A stretch of 63,268 nt of DNA, from assembly GCA_044449985.1 (NCBI GenBank), contig JBIOIQ010000005.1, forward strand, positions 1-63,268. Reading direction: 5' to 3'. Both the position numbers and the translations under genes were made by a program. This document shows positions 7,477 to 17,093 of this stretch, in pieces. Under the pieces are notes generated by a model, which had not been told where the DNA came from, made no database searches, and saw only the letters and a program-made list of their open reading frames with translations. Numbering within the stretch: the stretch's first letter is position 1; every line of letters begins with the position of its first letter. The DNA comes from Candidatus Saccharimonadia bacterium. Lineage in GTDB: Bacteria > Patescibacteriota > Saccharimonadia > UBA4664 > JBIOIQ01.

Positions 7477-8583
7477 ATGCCAAGTAAGACTAGTGCAATG
7501 ACAATGGAAGAGCTGCTGGCAACCTCCAGTATTGGAGCTATGGCAGTCGGCGACGTTGTTGAAGGTAAGGTGATCGCAGCCGAGAAACATGAGATTTGGT
7601 TGGATCTCGGTCCGCGTGGTACAGGACTCGTTATAGGACGAGAAATTGAACAATCCGAGGAAATAAGTCCCGGTGATACCATTAGCGCGAGCGTACTAGA
7701 ACCGGAAACAGAAGAAGGCTACGCGGTCTTGAGTCTGAAAAAAGTTGCCAAAGAAAAAGGCTGGGAATCGCTCGAGGAGCGTTTAACCAATGCCGAAGTA
7801 TTTGCCGTATCACCGTTTGATGCCAATAAGGGTGGACTGCTTGTCGAAGTAGATGGAATTCGCGGATTTCTTCCGGTTTCTCAACTCTCGGCCGAAAATT
7901 ATCCCAGGGTCTCCGGAGCCGATAAAGATGAAATTTTGCATCGCTTAACCCGTCTGGTGGGCAAGCCGTTACAGGTTAGAATTCTTGATCTTGATCGGCG
8001 AGAAAATAAGCTTATCTTTAGCGAGAAAGCGGCCCGCCGAGAGGATACCGAAGGCAAGGTTGCCAAGATGGCAGTTGGAGATGTAGTCAAAGGAGCCGTA
8101 ACCGGAGTTGTAGACTTCGGAATTTTCGTCAACGTCGACGGAGTTGAAGGACTGGTTCATATATCTGAAATCGCATGGGACCGGGTCGAGAGCCCGGCAA
8201 AATATGTCAAAGTCGGCGATACGATCGAGGCGAAAATTATTTCAATCGACCGGGATAAGTTATCTCTTTCGATGAAGCAACTTAAACCTGATCCATGGAT
8301 CGAAGAGATATCAGGGTATAAGGTTGGAGACAGTGTGAAAGGCAAGATTACCAGAATTACGCCTTTCGGCGCCTTCGTCCAAGTTACTTCTGTGATCGAA
8401 GCGCTTGTTCATATTTCTGAATTATCCGACGAGCATGTTGACGACCCCAGCAAACTGGTCAATCTCGGCGAAACCAAAACTTTTAAGATAATTGCCATTG
8501 AACCGGATGCTCATAAACTTTCATTAAGCTTAAAAGGCCTAACGGAAGAAAAGAAGAGTCCTAAAACCAAAAAATCGGAGTAA
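7477..8583 (+). CDS. rpsA: 30S ribosomal protein S1 (short, four S1 domains)
   Basis: Repeated S1 OB-fold signatures: GDVVEGKV, GDVVKGAVTGVVDFGIFVNV..GLVHISE and GDSVKGKITRITPFGAFVQV..ALVHISE. I prefer the ATG at 7477, preceded by AAGGAGG, over the track GTG at 7438. Confidence 0.9.
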   Translation: MPSKTSAMTMEELLATSSIGAMAVGDVVEGKVIAAEKHEIWLDLGPRGTGLVIGREIEQSEEISPGDTISASVLEPETEEGYAVLSLKKVAKEKGWESLEERLTNAEVFAVSPFDANKGGLLVEVDGIRGFLPVSQLSAENYPRVSGADKDEILHRLTRLVGKPLQVRILDLDRRENKLIFSEKAARREDTEGKVAKMAVGDVVKGAVTGVVDFGIFVNVDGVEGLVHISEIAWDRVESPAKYVKVGDTIEAKIISIDRDKLSLSMKQLKPDPWIEEISGYKVGDSVKGKITRITPFGAFVQVTSVIEALVHISELSDEHVDDPSKLVNLGETKTFKIIAIEPDAHKLSLSLKGLTEEKKSPKTKKSE

Positions 8584-8587
8584 GCCC

Positions 8588-8779
8588 GTGCCCATGCTCG
8601 AGCGACAATGCCGGGTATGCCGGAAACGTGCTCCCAAGTCGAGTCTCAATCGCTGGGTTTTGAGCGGAGCAGTACTCGTTCTCGACGAGCACAAAAAATT
8701 ACCCGGGCGTGGCTATTACAGCTGCCAAGGGGAATGTAGCAATAAGATCTTAAGCAAACCGATTCGGATTAAACCATGA
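8588..8779 (+). CDS. ylxR: YlxR/RnpM family RNA-binding protein (DUF448)
   Basis: RQCRVCRKR...PGRGYYSC..EC pattern. It lies immediately upstream of infB and overlaps it. Confidence 0.8.
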   Translation: MPMLERQCRVCRKRAPKSSLNRWVLSGAVLVLDEHKKLPGRGYYSCQGECSNKILSKPIRIKP

Positions 8780-10542
8780 GCGAACTAGTAACCACCCAAA
8801 TTGAACTACCAAGTGTCGTAACCGTCGGCGATTTTGCCGAACGTTTGGGCGTACCAGTGACGAAAGTGATTGGCGAGCTGATGCGCAACGGAGTACTCGC
8901 GACCATTAACGAGCAGATTGATTTCGACACTGCTGCCATTATCGGGTCGGATCTTGGATTTGTAATTGTAGCCCAAGCCGAAGTTGAAAAAGACAATTCC
9001 ACGCTTAAACAAATTCTGCCGGCCGGAACCGGTGAGAACCGACCCCCGATCGTTGCGATTATGGGCCATGTTGATCATGGTAAAACGACCTTGCTCGACG
9101 CTATTCGGGAAACCAGCGTGGCCAAAGGTGAGGCCGGTGGAATAACTCAGCATATTGGAGCTTACCAAATCAAACGAAATGATCGTTGGATAACTTTTCT
9201 CGATACCCCCGGTCATGAAGCATTTTCGGCCATTCGCGCGCATGGAGCACGTATGACGGACGTAGCGGTGATCGTGGTGGCCGCAGATGATGGTGTGAAA
9301 CCGCAAACCAAAGAAGCCATACGCTATGCCCAGGAAGCGGGTAACCAAATTGTCATTGCGATAAATAAGGTTGATAAGGAAGGGGCGGATTCAAACCGAG
9401 TTAAACAAGAACTCAATGGCTTGGGGCTCGTGCCGGAAGACTGGGGCGGCTCCACTGTCATGGTCGAGATATCTGCTCGCACCGGTCAAAATATCGACCA
9501 ACTGCTCGATTTAGTGTTATTGGTGGCTGATCTCGAAGATTTACGTGCTCGTCCCGATGGTCCGGCCGAAGGTCTGATTATTGAATCACATCTCGAAAGT
9601 GGTCGGGGACCGGTGGCGACCGTGCTCGTTCAGCAGGGTATTTTAAAGTTGGGAGACTATTTGGTGTCCGGCGACACCCATGCTAAGTTACGCAGTCTTG
9701 AAGATTTTCGCGGTAAACGCATCAAATCTGCCGCTCCGGGAATGCCGGCAGTGGTAACCGGATTTAAAGCTGTACCGGCTTTCGGAAATACTTTTTATGC
9801 CGTTGAATCAGAGAAAGAAGCTCGCGAAGCAGCGGTCGGTAGTAAACGCGCCGAACAGGCTAAAAGCATGCTGAAAGTCAAGAAAATTGGCTTAGACGAG
9901 CTTAAAGATGCAATCACCGCCGGTCAGGTCAATGAGCTGAATGTAGTCGTAAAAGCTGATGTGCAAGGATCGCTTGAATCACTGCTTGAGAGTTTAGCGA
10001 ATCTGCGCAATGAAGAAGTTGGTATAAAGATTGTCAGCTCGGGGGTCGGTGATATTAGTGAGACTGATGTTTCGAATGCGAAAACGTCAGCGGCTCTTTT
10101 GATAGGCTTTAATGTTGGTATCAGCTCAGCCGTAAAACAACTAGCTAACCGTGAAAACGTGAAAGTTCAAATTTACAAAGTTATTTATGAACTGCTCGAT
10201 GATTTGCACAGCGTGTTATCGCAAATGTTAAAACCCGAAATAATTGAAACCACTGTCGCCAAACTTGAGATCCTGGGAGTATTTAAAATTACCAAAACTC
10301 ATGTCATCTGCGGCGGAAAAGTCACCTTTGGTCGTATCGAGCCAAAACTGGCCGTCAAAATTTTCCATAAAAAAGACCAAGTTGGTGTGGGTACAATCAC
10401 GAATTTACAACGCGACAAGCAGGATGCCAAAGAAGTCTTTGAAGGCGAAGTTTGTGGTATGAGTTTAGCCACCACGTCAAATGTTGAAATTGGCGACCAA
10501 GTCGAGTTTTATACTACAGAAACTAGAGCCCGAACTCTTTAA
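8776..10542 (+). CDS. infB: Translation initiation factor IF-2 (short N-terminus)
   Basis: G-domain motifs GHVDHGKTTLLD, DTPGH and NKVD, followed by rbfA. Confidence 0.97.
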   Translation: MSELVTTQIELPSVVTVGDFAERLGVPVTKVIGELMRNGVLATINEQIDFDTAAIIGSDLGFVIVAQAEVEKDNSTLKQILPAGTGENRPPIVAIMGHVDHGKTTLLDAIRETSVAKGEAGGITQHIGAYQIKRNDRWITFLDTPGHEAFSAIRAHGARMTDVAVIVVAADDGVKPQTKEAIRYAQEAGNQIVIAINKVDKEGADSNRVKQELNGLGLVPEDWGGSTVMVEISARTGQNIDQLLDLVLLVADLEDLRARPDGPAEGLIIESHLESGRGPVATVLVQQGILKLGDYLVSGDTHAKLRSLEDFRGKRIKSAAPGMPAVVTGFKAVPAFGNTFYAVESEKEAREAAVGSKRAEQAKSMLKVKKIGLDELKDAITAGQVNELNVVVKADVQGSLESLLESLANLRNEEVGIKIVSSGVGDISETDVSNAKTSAALLIGFNVGISSAVKQLANRENVKVQIYKVIYELLDDLHSVLSQMLKPEIIETTVAKLEILGVFKITKTHVICGGKVTFGRIEPKLAVKIFHKKDQVGVGTITNLQRDKQDAKEVFEGEVCGMSLATTSNVEIGDQVEFYTTETRARTL

Positions 10543-10545
10543 GTC

Positions 10546-10878
10546 ATGAGCCAGCGGATAGCAAAAGTTGAATCCTTGGTCCAGCAAGTTGTTGCGAAGT
10601 CACTGATCGAAGTTTTACCGGGTGAGTCAGCGCGCCTTACCATAACCGGGGTAGATGTCTCACCCGATATCCGCAGTGCCACCGTCTGGGTTGGAGTTTT
10701 AGCCGATGATGAGCCGGCTCAGCAAGCCTTATTTGATCGGGTGGTGGGTATGGCAGGCGTGTTGCAGCAACAATTAGCCCGAGTTATTACCACCAAATTT
10801 GTGCCTCGTCTAACATTTCGCCTTGATACTGGAGGCCGTTATGCGGAGCATATTAATAGACTCCTGGGTAGTCTCTAA
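10546..10878 (+). CDS. rbfA: Ribosome-binding factor A
   Basis: 110 aa in the infB-rbfA synteny, with an RbfA-like N-terminus (RIAKVESLVQQVVAKSL). Confidence 0.85.
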   Translation: MSQRIAKVESLVQQVVAKSLIEVLPGESARLTITGVDVSPDIRSATVWVGVLADDEPAQQALFDRVVGMAGVLQQQLARVITTKFVPRLTFRLDTGGRYAEHINRLLGSL

Positions 10879-10928
10879 AAAGCTTTAGCACAATATGCTA
10901 TAGTTTGGTTGATAATCGAGGGTATCTA

Positions 10929-12212
10929 ATGGCTGGCGAAAAGGGAACTGCACCGGGACCGGCTGAGGAAAATTTCGAGGACGAGGTAGTTAGTCTAGCT
11001 CAAGCGTCGACCAGGGCGAGTACCGGCCAAGTCGATAGTAGTGATTTGGCTCAAGAAATGGCCACAATTGAAGACGAGGCCTACAATGCGGAAGCCTCAT
11101 CTACCAACGCGACGCAGGCCAAAGCCGCCCGCAAAACTCGACAAAATGTTTCGCCTGAGCAAGACAAACTTGAGATTTTGCATGCCCTAAAGCATGCGCC
11201 TGCTGCTCAGGACAAAAGCGAAGAAGTGCTTACGCCCGTGTTATCTGCAGAAGAGCAGCGAATCAGTGATTCTCGAGTTGAACTCGAAACAGCAGTTGGA
11301 AGTGATTATGAAGTGATGCGGGCCGCCGCCGAACGTGAAGATGCGGCTAGGGAGCGCAGCGGGGCATTGGGCGAAAGAGTCCGAGCGGCTGAAGCCTTAG
11401 ATAAGCTTAAAACCACCAAAGCCCAAGAACTGGTCGGAGGCGAGAGTTCGGAATTAATCGATTATGAAGCTGTTAAACGTGATCAAATTAAGAATGCCCA
11501 AGCTCGCCTAGAAGCTTTAACTTCTGCCGAAAGTCAGATTGGCAGTGCTGCCAGTGACCAATTTTTGGTCGAACGCGCAAAAGTTACCGAAAAGGTTAGC
11601 GCTATTGTTTCGGCCATGGAGCACTTATCTACAAACCCGATCGTCTATGCAGCAAAAAATGGAGAAATTGTCGATCTGGCGGTGACCGGTGCCTTAGCCA
11701 ATCTGGTCAAACAGGCCCAAACCCCTTTTCTTGAACGAAACTTGGGTGGCCAGGACAAATTAATGATCAAAGAATTGCTATATCATACCGATCAAGATAA
11801 TCGCATTGTAGTGGAGCGCTGGAACAATTCAACGGGGAAGTTAATTGCCACAATTGTGATTGAGGGGCAGGAGCTGACAAAATTAAAAGCTGATTCGAGG
11901 TCGACGAAACCTTTAGTAATGATGCGGGGTGATTTTAGAAAGTTACGTGGTAAAGATCATATCCTTGAGGTTGCCTCGGCTAATCTTGATAAAAAATTGT
12001 CAAAAATAATCGACGCTGACCCTGCCAGTAAAGAGGCTCTGGACCATGCATTTGAGCAGAGCGGGAGCACGTCTGGTGATTATGGCCCAATCGCAACCCG
12101 AGAACTTCATAAGAATTTAACTCAGATTCACTCGCTCGAAACATCAAAAAAACTGCCGAAACCTCGTAAGCGACGAAGCTTTTTCGAGAGTCTGTTTGGC
12201 CGAACTAGCTAA
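10929..12212 (+). CDS. Acidic coiled-coil-rich protein with C-terminal amphipathic helix, unknown function
   Basis: The 427-aa ORF (ATG 10929; the track gives TTG 10905) has a Glu/Ala-rich N-terminal half. The C-terminus is KKLPKPRKRRSFFESLFGRTS. Confidence 0.6.
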   Translation: MAGEKGTAPGPAEENFEDEVVSLAQASTRASTGQVDSSDLAQEMATIEDEAYNAEASSTNATQAKAARKTRQNVSPEQDKLEILHALKHAPAAQDKSEEVLTPVLSAEEQRISDSRVELETAVGSDYEVMRAAAEREDAARERSGALGERVRAAEALDKLKTTKAQELVGGESSELIDYEAVKRDQIKNAQARLEALTSAESQIGSAASDQFLVERAKVTEKVSAIVSAMEHLSTNPIVYAAKNGEIVDLAVTGALANLVKQAQTPFLERNLGGQDKLMIKELLYHTDQDNRIVVERWNNSTGKLIATIVIEGQELTKLKADSRSTKPLVMMRGDFRKLRGKDHILEVASANLDKKLSKIIDADPASKEALDHAFEQSGSTSGDYGPIATRELHKNLTQIHSLETSKKLPKPRKRRSFFESLFGRTS

Positions 12213-13117
12213 AGCGGATTTCCAGCTAAAAACTCGGCTGCGCCCATGTCGTTTTTACCGGCTGGTTTTAAAGTGTTAATAAAAAGAGCGCCTTTTTTGC
12301 AGTAGACTCCAAGCGATTTTCCTTGCTTAAAAAAATGGCCAGGATTGCCGGACTGCTGGACCACTGTCACTGAGGTGATAATGACGTCTTTAGTTGCAAT
12401 GGTGCTGCGGCTGGTTGGCCAATTTAGATAAGCTCTTATTTCCTTTTCGATCTGAGTGGCGGGTTTATCCCAGTTAATTAGAGATTGGTCTTTTGTCAAA
12501 GGATTGGTATAGGTAGGCTCACCGGTTTGCGCAGACGGCGTAAGTTCTCCGCAGAGAATCCCTGATAGGTTCTTAAGAAGTAGCTCACCGCCAACTTGTA
12601 GGAACCGCTCCGACAGCTCTTGTTTTGATTCGTCGCCTGAAAGGGCGATCGTTTTTTGGGCGTACAAAGGTCCGGCGTCCATGGCCTGTTCGAGAGACAT
12701 TATTGAAACTCCGGACTCACTCGAGCCTTCAAGGATGGCGGTTTCAATGGGGGTAGTGCCGCGTAGTTTTGGGAGCAGCGATGGATGAAGGTTAACTATT
12801 CCTAGCTTAAAAGACTCAATAATTGACTGAGGAATAATTCGACCGTAGGCCACTAAAACGCCTAAGGCAGGTTCGGCTGCGTTTAGTCGGCTCAACAGAT
12901 CAATTGGCTTGTCTCTCCAGATAGGAATGTTATGGGCGAGTGCAATTTCTTCAACTTCAAGTACTCGGGCCGTTCGTGACGACTGGGGCCGATCATTTAC
13001 GACTACCGCTACTACGTTATATGACTTATTAATTAAGGCAGGTAGAATGACCGGAGTTATTTTGCCTAGGCCGGTGGCTAAGCGTTCATTTCCAAAAAAT
13101 ATTATAGGTGGATTCAC
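12209..13117 (-). CDS. fmt: Methionyl-tRNA formyltransferase
   Basis: NLHPSLLPKLRG motif, and def-fmt synteny with a 4-nt overlap. Confidence 0.93.
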   Translation of the reverse strand: MNPPIIFFGNERLATGLGKITPVILPALINKSYNVVAVVVNDRPQSSRTARVLEVEEIALAHNIPIWRDKPIDLLSRLNAAEPALGVLVAYGRIIPQSIIESFKLGIVNLHPSLLPKLRGTTPIETAILEGSSESGVSIMSLEQAMDAGPLYAQKTIALSGDESKQELSERFLQVGGELLLKNLSGILCGELTPSAQTGEPTYTNPLTKDQSLINWDKPATQIEKEIRAYLNWPTSRSTIATKDVIITSVTVVQQSGNPGHFFKQGKSLGVYCKKGALFINTLKPAGKNDMGAAEFLAGNPL

Positions 13118-13653
13118 GATGGCTTGATCGGCACTAATTTGCCGTCTTCTTCAAGGTGGAATAGTTTGGTTGGATCACTGATACGATCAACAAATACAAT
13201 GCCGTTGGTATGATCGATTTCATGCTGTAACACCTCCGCCAAAAAATCGGTGGCAGTAATTCTGATCGCTTTGCCATCGAGGTTGAGGGCTTTTACCTTA
13301 ACTTTAGGGTAGCGCATGACATGACCATAAATGTCGCCGACACTCAAACAACCTTCCAACCACTCGGTCGGTTGACCCTCGGATTTTACTATTTCAGGGT
13401 TAATCAGGACGTCGAAGGATTTATCCTCCTTGTTCTCGAAATCATGACGAACGACAACCAGCCGGACGGCCTTTGCCACTTGTACCGCTGCAAGTGCTGC
13501 CCCCGACTCGTGATCGCGACTAGCTTCCCAGTCAAGTGTGGCATCAATCATATTTTGAGCAAGTCTATGTATGTCCTCGTCAATAAAAGTAATTCTCTTA
13601 CTTTTGGTGCGTAAGAGTGGATTTGGAAGCGTTATGATATCGTTTCTAGTCAT
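13114..13653 (-). CDS. def: Peptide deformylase
   Basis: Motifs GAALAAVQV, EGCLS and HEIDH. Confidence 0.95.
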   Translation of the reverse strand: MTRNDIITLPNPLLRTKSKRITFIDEDIHRLAQNMIDATLDWEASRDHESGAALAAVQVAKAVRLVVVRHDFENKEDKSFDVLINPEIVKSEGQPTEWLEGCLSVGDIYGHVMRYPKVKVKALNLDGKAIRITATDFLAEVLQHEIDHTNGIVFVDRISDPTKLFHLEEDGKLVPIKPS

Positions 13654-13656
13654 AGA

Positions 13657-15597
13657 TTATAAAAGATTAATTGGATCGAGATCAATTGTCCAGTCCGGGG
13701 TAGTGTCTTTGACCAACTCAACTAATCGGCTGCGAGACTTTGATTTAATGATGAGATGCCAGTAGTAGCGATTTCGGTTTTTTTCAATGAAAGCCGGTGC
13801 AGGACCGAGAACAATGATCCCAGGTGTTTGACTTAATTGAAGTTTTTTATTTTGGGCGGTCTGTTGAGCTTGGGCACTACTGGGCGCCGCGCAAGTTAAT
13901 TTTAACAAGAAAACATACGGCGGGTAAGCCAAAAGTGCCCGATCTTCGAGTTCAATATCAGCGAAATTCCGGTAATCTTGGGTGGCGGCCTTCACAATTG
14001 CCGGGTGATTTGGAGTATATGACTGGATTATAACGTTTCCGGGGCGATCACCGCGACCGGCCCGTCCGCTGACCTGTGTCAGTAAACTGAAAGTGCGCTC
14101 ACTGGCCGTGTAATCGGGGACATGTAGCATAGTATCGGCCGAAACAATACCGACCAGATCCAGATTGGCTATATCCAGACCTTTGGCTACCATCTGGGTG
14201 CCTATGAGAATATCGATCGAGCGATCATGGAGCCCTTTATAGACATCGTCGATAAGCTGTGGGGTTGCGCTATCGCGATCGAGTCTGGCAAGCCGAGCGG
14301 TTGGCAATAGTTTCGTAACTTCGGCTTCAATTCTTTTCGTACCGCCACCTAAATAGCGTAAATTGGTTGAGTGACAATTAGGACATACCGCCGGCGGTAA
14401 CCGTCGGGCTCCGCAGTAATGACAAATGAGTCGAACGTAATCCGCATGAAACGTCATCGGAAGTTGGCAATTCGGGCAATCGCTGACTGTACCGCAGTCA
14501 CTGCAAATTTGCGAAGAAGCGCTACCGCGCCGATTGATAAATAATAAACTTTGCCGACCCGACACTAAGGTGTCTGCGAGGGCTGCAAGTAAAGGTTTTG
14601 AAATAAATTGGTTTGACAAACGAACTTGAGGGTCACGCAAATCGACAATAGTAGTTTTTGGTAAGAGCTGATTGTTGGCTCTTTCTAGAAGCTCTATTTG
14701 TTCGAGTTTACCGACGCGGGCTAAGTAGTATTGGCTAAGCGATGGGGTGGCACTGCCAAGAATTAATGAAGCATTCGCCAGATGTGCAAGTTTGGCGGCT
14801 ACACTATCTGTCTGATAACGGGGTGATTGTTCCTGTTTATAGCTCGTTTCATGCGCTTCATCGATAATAATCAGGCCGAGATTTGCGAAGGGCAGAAACA
14901 AACTTGATCTTGGTCCAATCACAATTCTCGGGGTATCACTGCCGTAAGCTTTTAACCAAGCCCGGTGGCGATCACTTTCGCTCATGGCCGAATGATTGGT
15001 TATTACAATATCACCGAAGGTGGCAATAAATATTGCGACCAGTTGTGGCGTCAGAGTAATTTCAGGCACTAGTAATATGACAGACCGGCCCGATTCTAAA
15101 ACTTCTCTGGTCCGTTCGATATAGAGCTGGGTTTTGCCTGATCCGGTGATGCCAAAGAGCAGAATCGGTTTATGCTCAAACTTTCGCATTAGAGCGAGTG
15201 CTTCAACCTGTTTTGGGGTTAGGGCGTGATTAGTTTTGGGCAAGGAGAATATTGTTTTTTCGGTTTTGGGTGGACGACGTTTTTTTAATATTCCCGTTGG
15301 TAATATGGTTTGCCAGACTGCTTTTGGCGAGGCTTGATAATAATCGTGCAGCCATTCGGCCAAAGCGATGAGATGCGGCGGTAATATCAGATCAATCATC
15401 TCGGCGACTGGCTTGGTCGCAAATTTTGGTTGCGAAACTTCGGCTAGGACAACCCCGACGCTCATATCCCTTCGCAGGGGGATCTTAACGAGACGGCCCA
15501 TTTCTAACTCAGCCTCCGATTGGTAAGTAAATCCAAAATCCTTCTCACCACCATGAGAAAGGGCAGAGATAACATAATACTGAGTTGCTCCTGGCAT
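13657..15597 (-). CDS. priA: Primosomal protein N' (replication restart helicase PriA)
   Basis: Walker A GITGSGKT, IIDEAHE, and a Cys-rich zinc insert CSDCG..CPNC..CHYCG..CPNC. Confidence 0.93.
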   Translation of the reverse strand: MPGATQYYVISALSHGGEKDFGFTYQSEAELEMGRLVKIPLRRDMSVGVVLAEVSQPKFATKPVAEMIDLILPPHLIALAEWLHDYYQASPKAVWQTILPTGILKKRRPPKTEKTIFSLPKTNHALTPKQVEALALMRKFEHKPILLFGITGSGKTQLYIERTREVLESGRSVILLVPEITLTPQLVAIFIATFGDIVITNHSAMSESDRHRAWLKAYGSDTPRIVIGPRSSLFLPFANLGLIIIDEAHETSYKQEQSPRYQTDSVAAKLAHLANASLILGSATPSLSQYYLARVGKLEQIELLERANNQLLPKTTIVDLRDPQVRLSNQFISKPLLAALADTLVSGRQSLLFINRRGSASSQICSDCGTVSDCPNCQLPMTFHADYVRLICHYCGARRLPPAVCPNCHSTNLRYLGGGTKRIEAEVTKLLPTARLARLDRDSATPQLIDDVYKGLHDRSIDILIGTQMVAKGLDIANLDLVGIVSADTMLHVPDYTASERTFSLLTQVSGRAGRGDRPGNVIIQSYTPNHPAIVKAATQDYRNFADIELEDRALLAYPPYVFLLKLTCAAPSSAQAQQTAQNKKLQLSQTPGIIVLGPAPAFIEKNRNRYYWHLIIKSKSRSRLVELVKDTTPDWTIDLDPINLL

Positions 15598-15730
15598 ATC
15601 CTAATTATATCAAGATAAGAGCATCCACTGGGGATTGGTTACTAAGTCGTAGCGTCGGGAGCGGAACATCTAGTCATCTTTCGCCTGACTTTGAACGGAT
15701 AAACTGCAAACGTGCTACTCCTTAGTTTGG

Positions 15731-15760
15731 TTGACGCAAACGCAAGCAATCAGGTATAGT
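15731..15760 (+). promoter_or_regulatory. Sigma70-type promoter for secDF (TTGACG-18-TATAGT)
   Basis: -35 at 15731-15736 and -10 at 15755-15760, 14 nt upstream of the secD ATG. Confidence 0.45.
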
Positions 15761-15773
15761 CAAGCGAAGAACA

Positions 15774-17093
15774 ATGAGTTTGAGAACAAAATTTATCTTA
15801 ATAATTCTGCTTGCAGTTATAGCCAGTCTTTTTGCATATCCTAAAGTTAATACGGTGATGCATAAACTGGGTTGGAAAAGTGCTAATCTGAAAATTCGAG
15901 AAGGGCTCGATCTCCAAGGTGGGATTCAGTTAATATTTCAAGCTGATCTAAGTAAGACTGCGGTTTCGGCGCGGCCGAGTACCATGGGAAGCTTAGTTGA
16001 TGTGATGCAGCGGAGGGCAAATCCGGGTGGAACTTCCGAAGCCACAGTTGAGCAAGCCAATGGTGATCGGGTAATCGTTCAGCTGCCCGGAGAAACGAAT
16101 GCAGCCGATGCCATTAATCGGATTGGAAAGCCGGCGCAGCTGAGTTTCTTAGAAATTATTAATTCCGGTGGAACGCCACGCGAAATTGACACGGGGATCT
16201 CAGGAAAAGACGTCGATAGCGCTAACGTTGATTTCGATCCATCGACCGGAAAGCCGATCGTAACTCTGCAACTAAAATCCGGTAATTCTACCCAAAAATT
16301 CGGCCAGATTACGACTCAAATAAATCAGTCGGGAGCCGAGCTCCTGACAATGCTTGATCAACAAATCATTTTTGGCCCAGCAACTGTATCGAGTCCGATT
16401 ACCGACGGAAAAGCGCAGCTCCAAGGCAACTTCACGGTAGATCAGGCTCAAACCATTGCCCAAGAAATTAATGATGGGGCGTTGCCGGTACCAGTATTAC
16501 TGGTTTCACAAAACACTATTGGTCCTACGCTCGGCAAAGATTCTTTAGCGCACAGCGTAATCGCAGGAATTATTGGTCTTAGCATCGTGGCACTGTTTAT
16601 GCTGATTTACTACCGCATGGCAGGTCTTGTGGCAGTTGTGGCTCTCGGTATATATACTGTGCTGACCATCGCGCTCTATAAACTGAGCGTTTTTACGCCC
16701 CTCACCATTACTCTGTCACTGGCTGGAATAGCCGGATTTATCTTAAGTATTGGTATGGCAGTTGATGCTAATATTTTGATATTTGAGAGAACCAAGGAAG
16801 AAGTACGAGCCGGCAAAAGCTTAGTGGCAGGTGTAGAAGCCGGGTTTGACCGGGCCTGGACCAGTATTCGCGACTCCAATTTATCGACTCTCATCACCTG
16901 CGTTATTCTTTATGAATTTAGCTCAAACACACCCCTTATCCGAGGTTTTGCCGTAACCTTGGGATTGGGAGTTTTGATCAGTATGTTTACGGCGGTACTA
17001 ATTAGCCGAACATTGCTACGTATGGTGATGGGGTCGCGCTTAGGAAAGAATCCGAAACTGTTCGGTTTTGCCAAAAAAGAGGTTAGCTCATGA
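15774..17093 (+). CDS. secD: Protein translocase subunit SecD
   Basis: N-terminal TM segment, large periplasmic-type domain and a C-terminal 5-TM bundle (AGIAGFILSIGMAVDANILIFER). It overlaps secF by ATGA. Confidence 0.93.
   Translation: MSLRTKFILIILLAVIASLFAYPKVNTVMHKLGWKSANLKIREGLDLQGGIQLIFQADLSKTAVSARPSTMGSLVDVMQRRANPGGTSEATVEQANGDRVIVQLPGETNAADAINRIGKPAQLSFLEIINSGGTPREIDTGISGKDVDSANVDFDPSTGKPIVTLQLKSGNSTQKFGQITTQINQSGAELLTMLDQQIIFGPATVSSPITDGKAQLQGNFTVDQAQTIAQEINDGALPVPVLLVSQNTIGPTLGKDSLAHSVIAGIIGLSIVALFMLIYYRMAGLVAVVALGIYTVLTIALYKLSVFTPLTITLSLAGIAGFILSIGMAVDANILIFERTKEEVRAGKSLVAGVEAGFDRAWTSIRDSNLSTLITCVILYEFSSNTPLIRGFAVTLGLGVLISMFTAVLISRTLLRMVMGSRLGKNPKLFGFAKKEVSS

Noticed and set aside
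8806-9348. Long antisense or out-of-frame ORFs inside well-supported genes. Examples are 8806-9348 in infB, 27189-27671 in ftsA, 29191-29616 and 29983-30396 in ftsZ, 51601-52008 and 51716-52327 in mreB, 57085-57465 in lysK and 59059-59511 in serS.
   Set aside because: Each is fully embedded in a gene with strong family motifs on the other strand or frame. Their translations are Arg/Ser/Pro-rich, as is typical of shadow ORFs.
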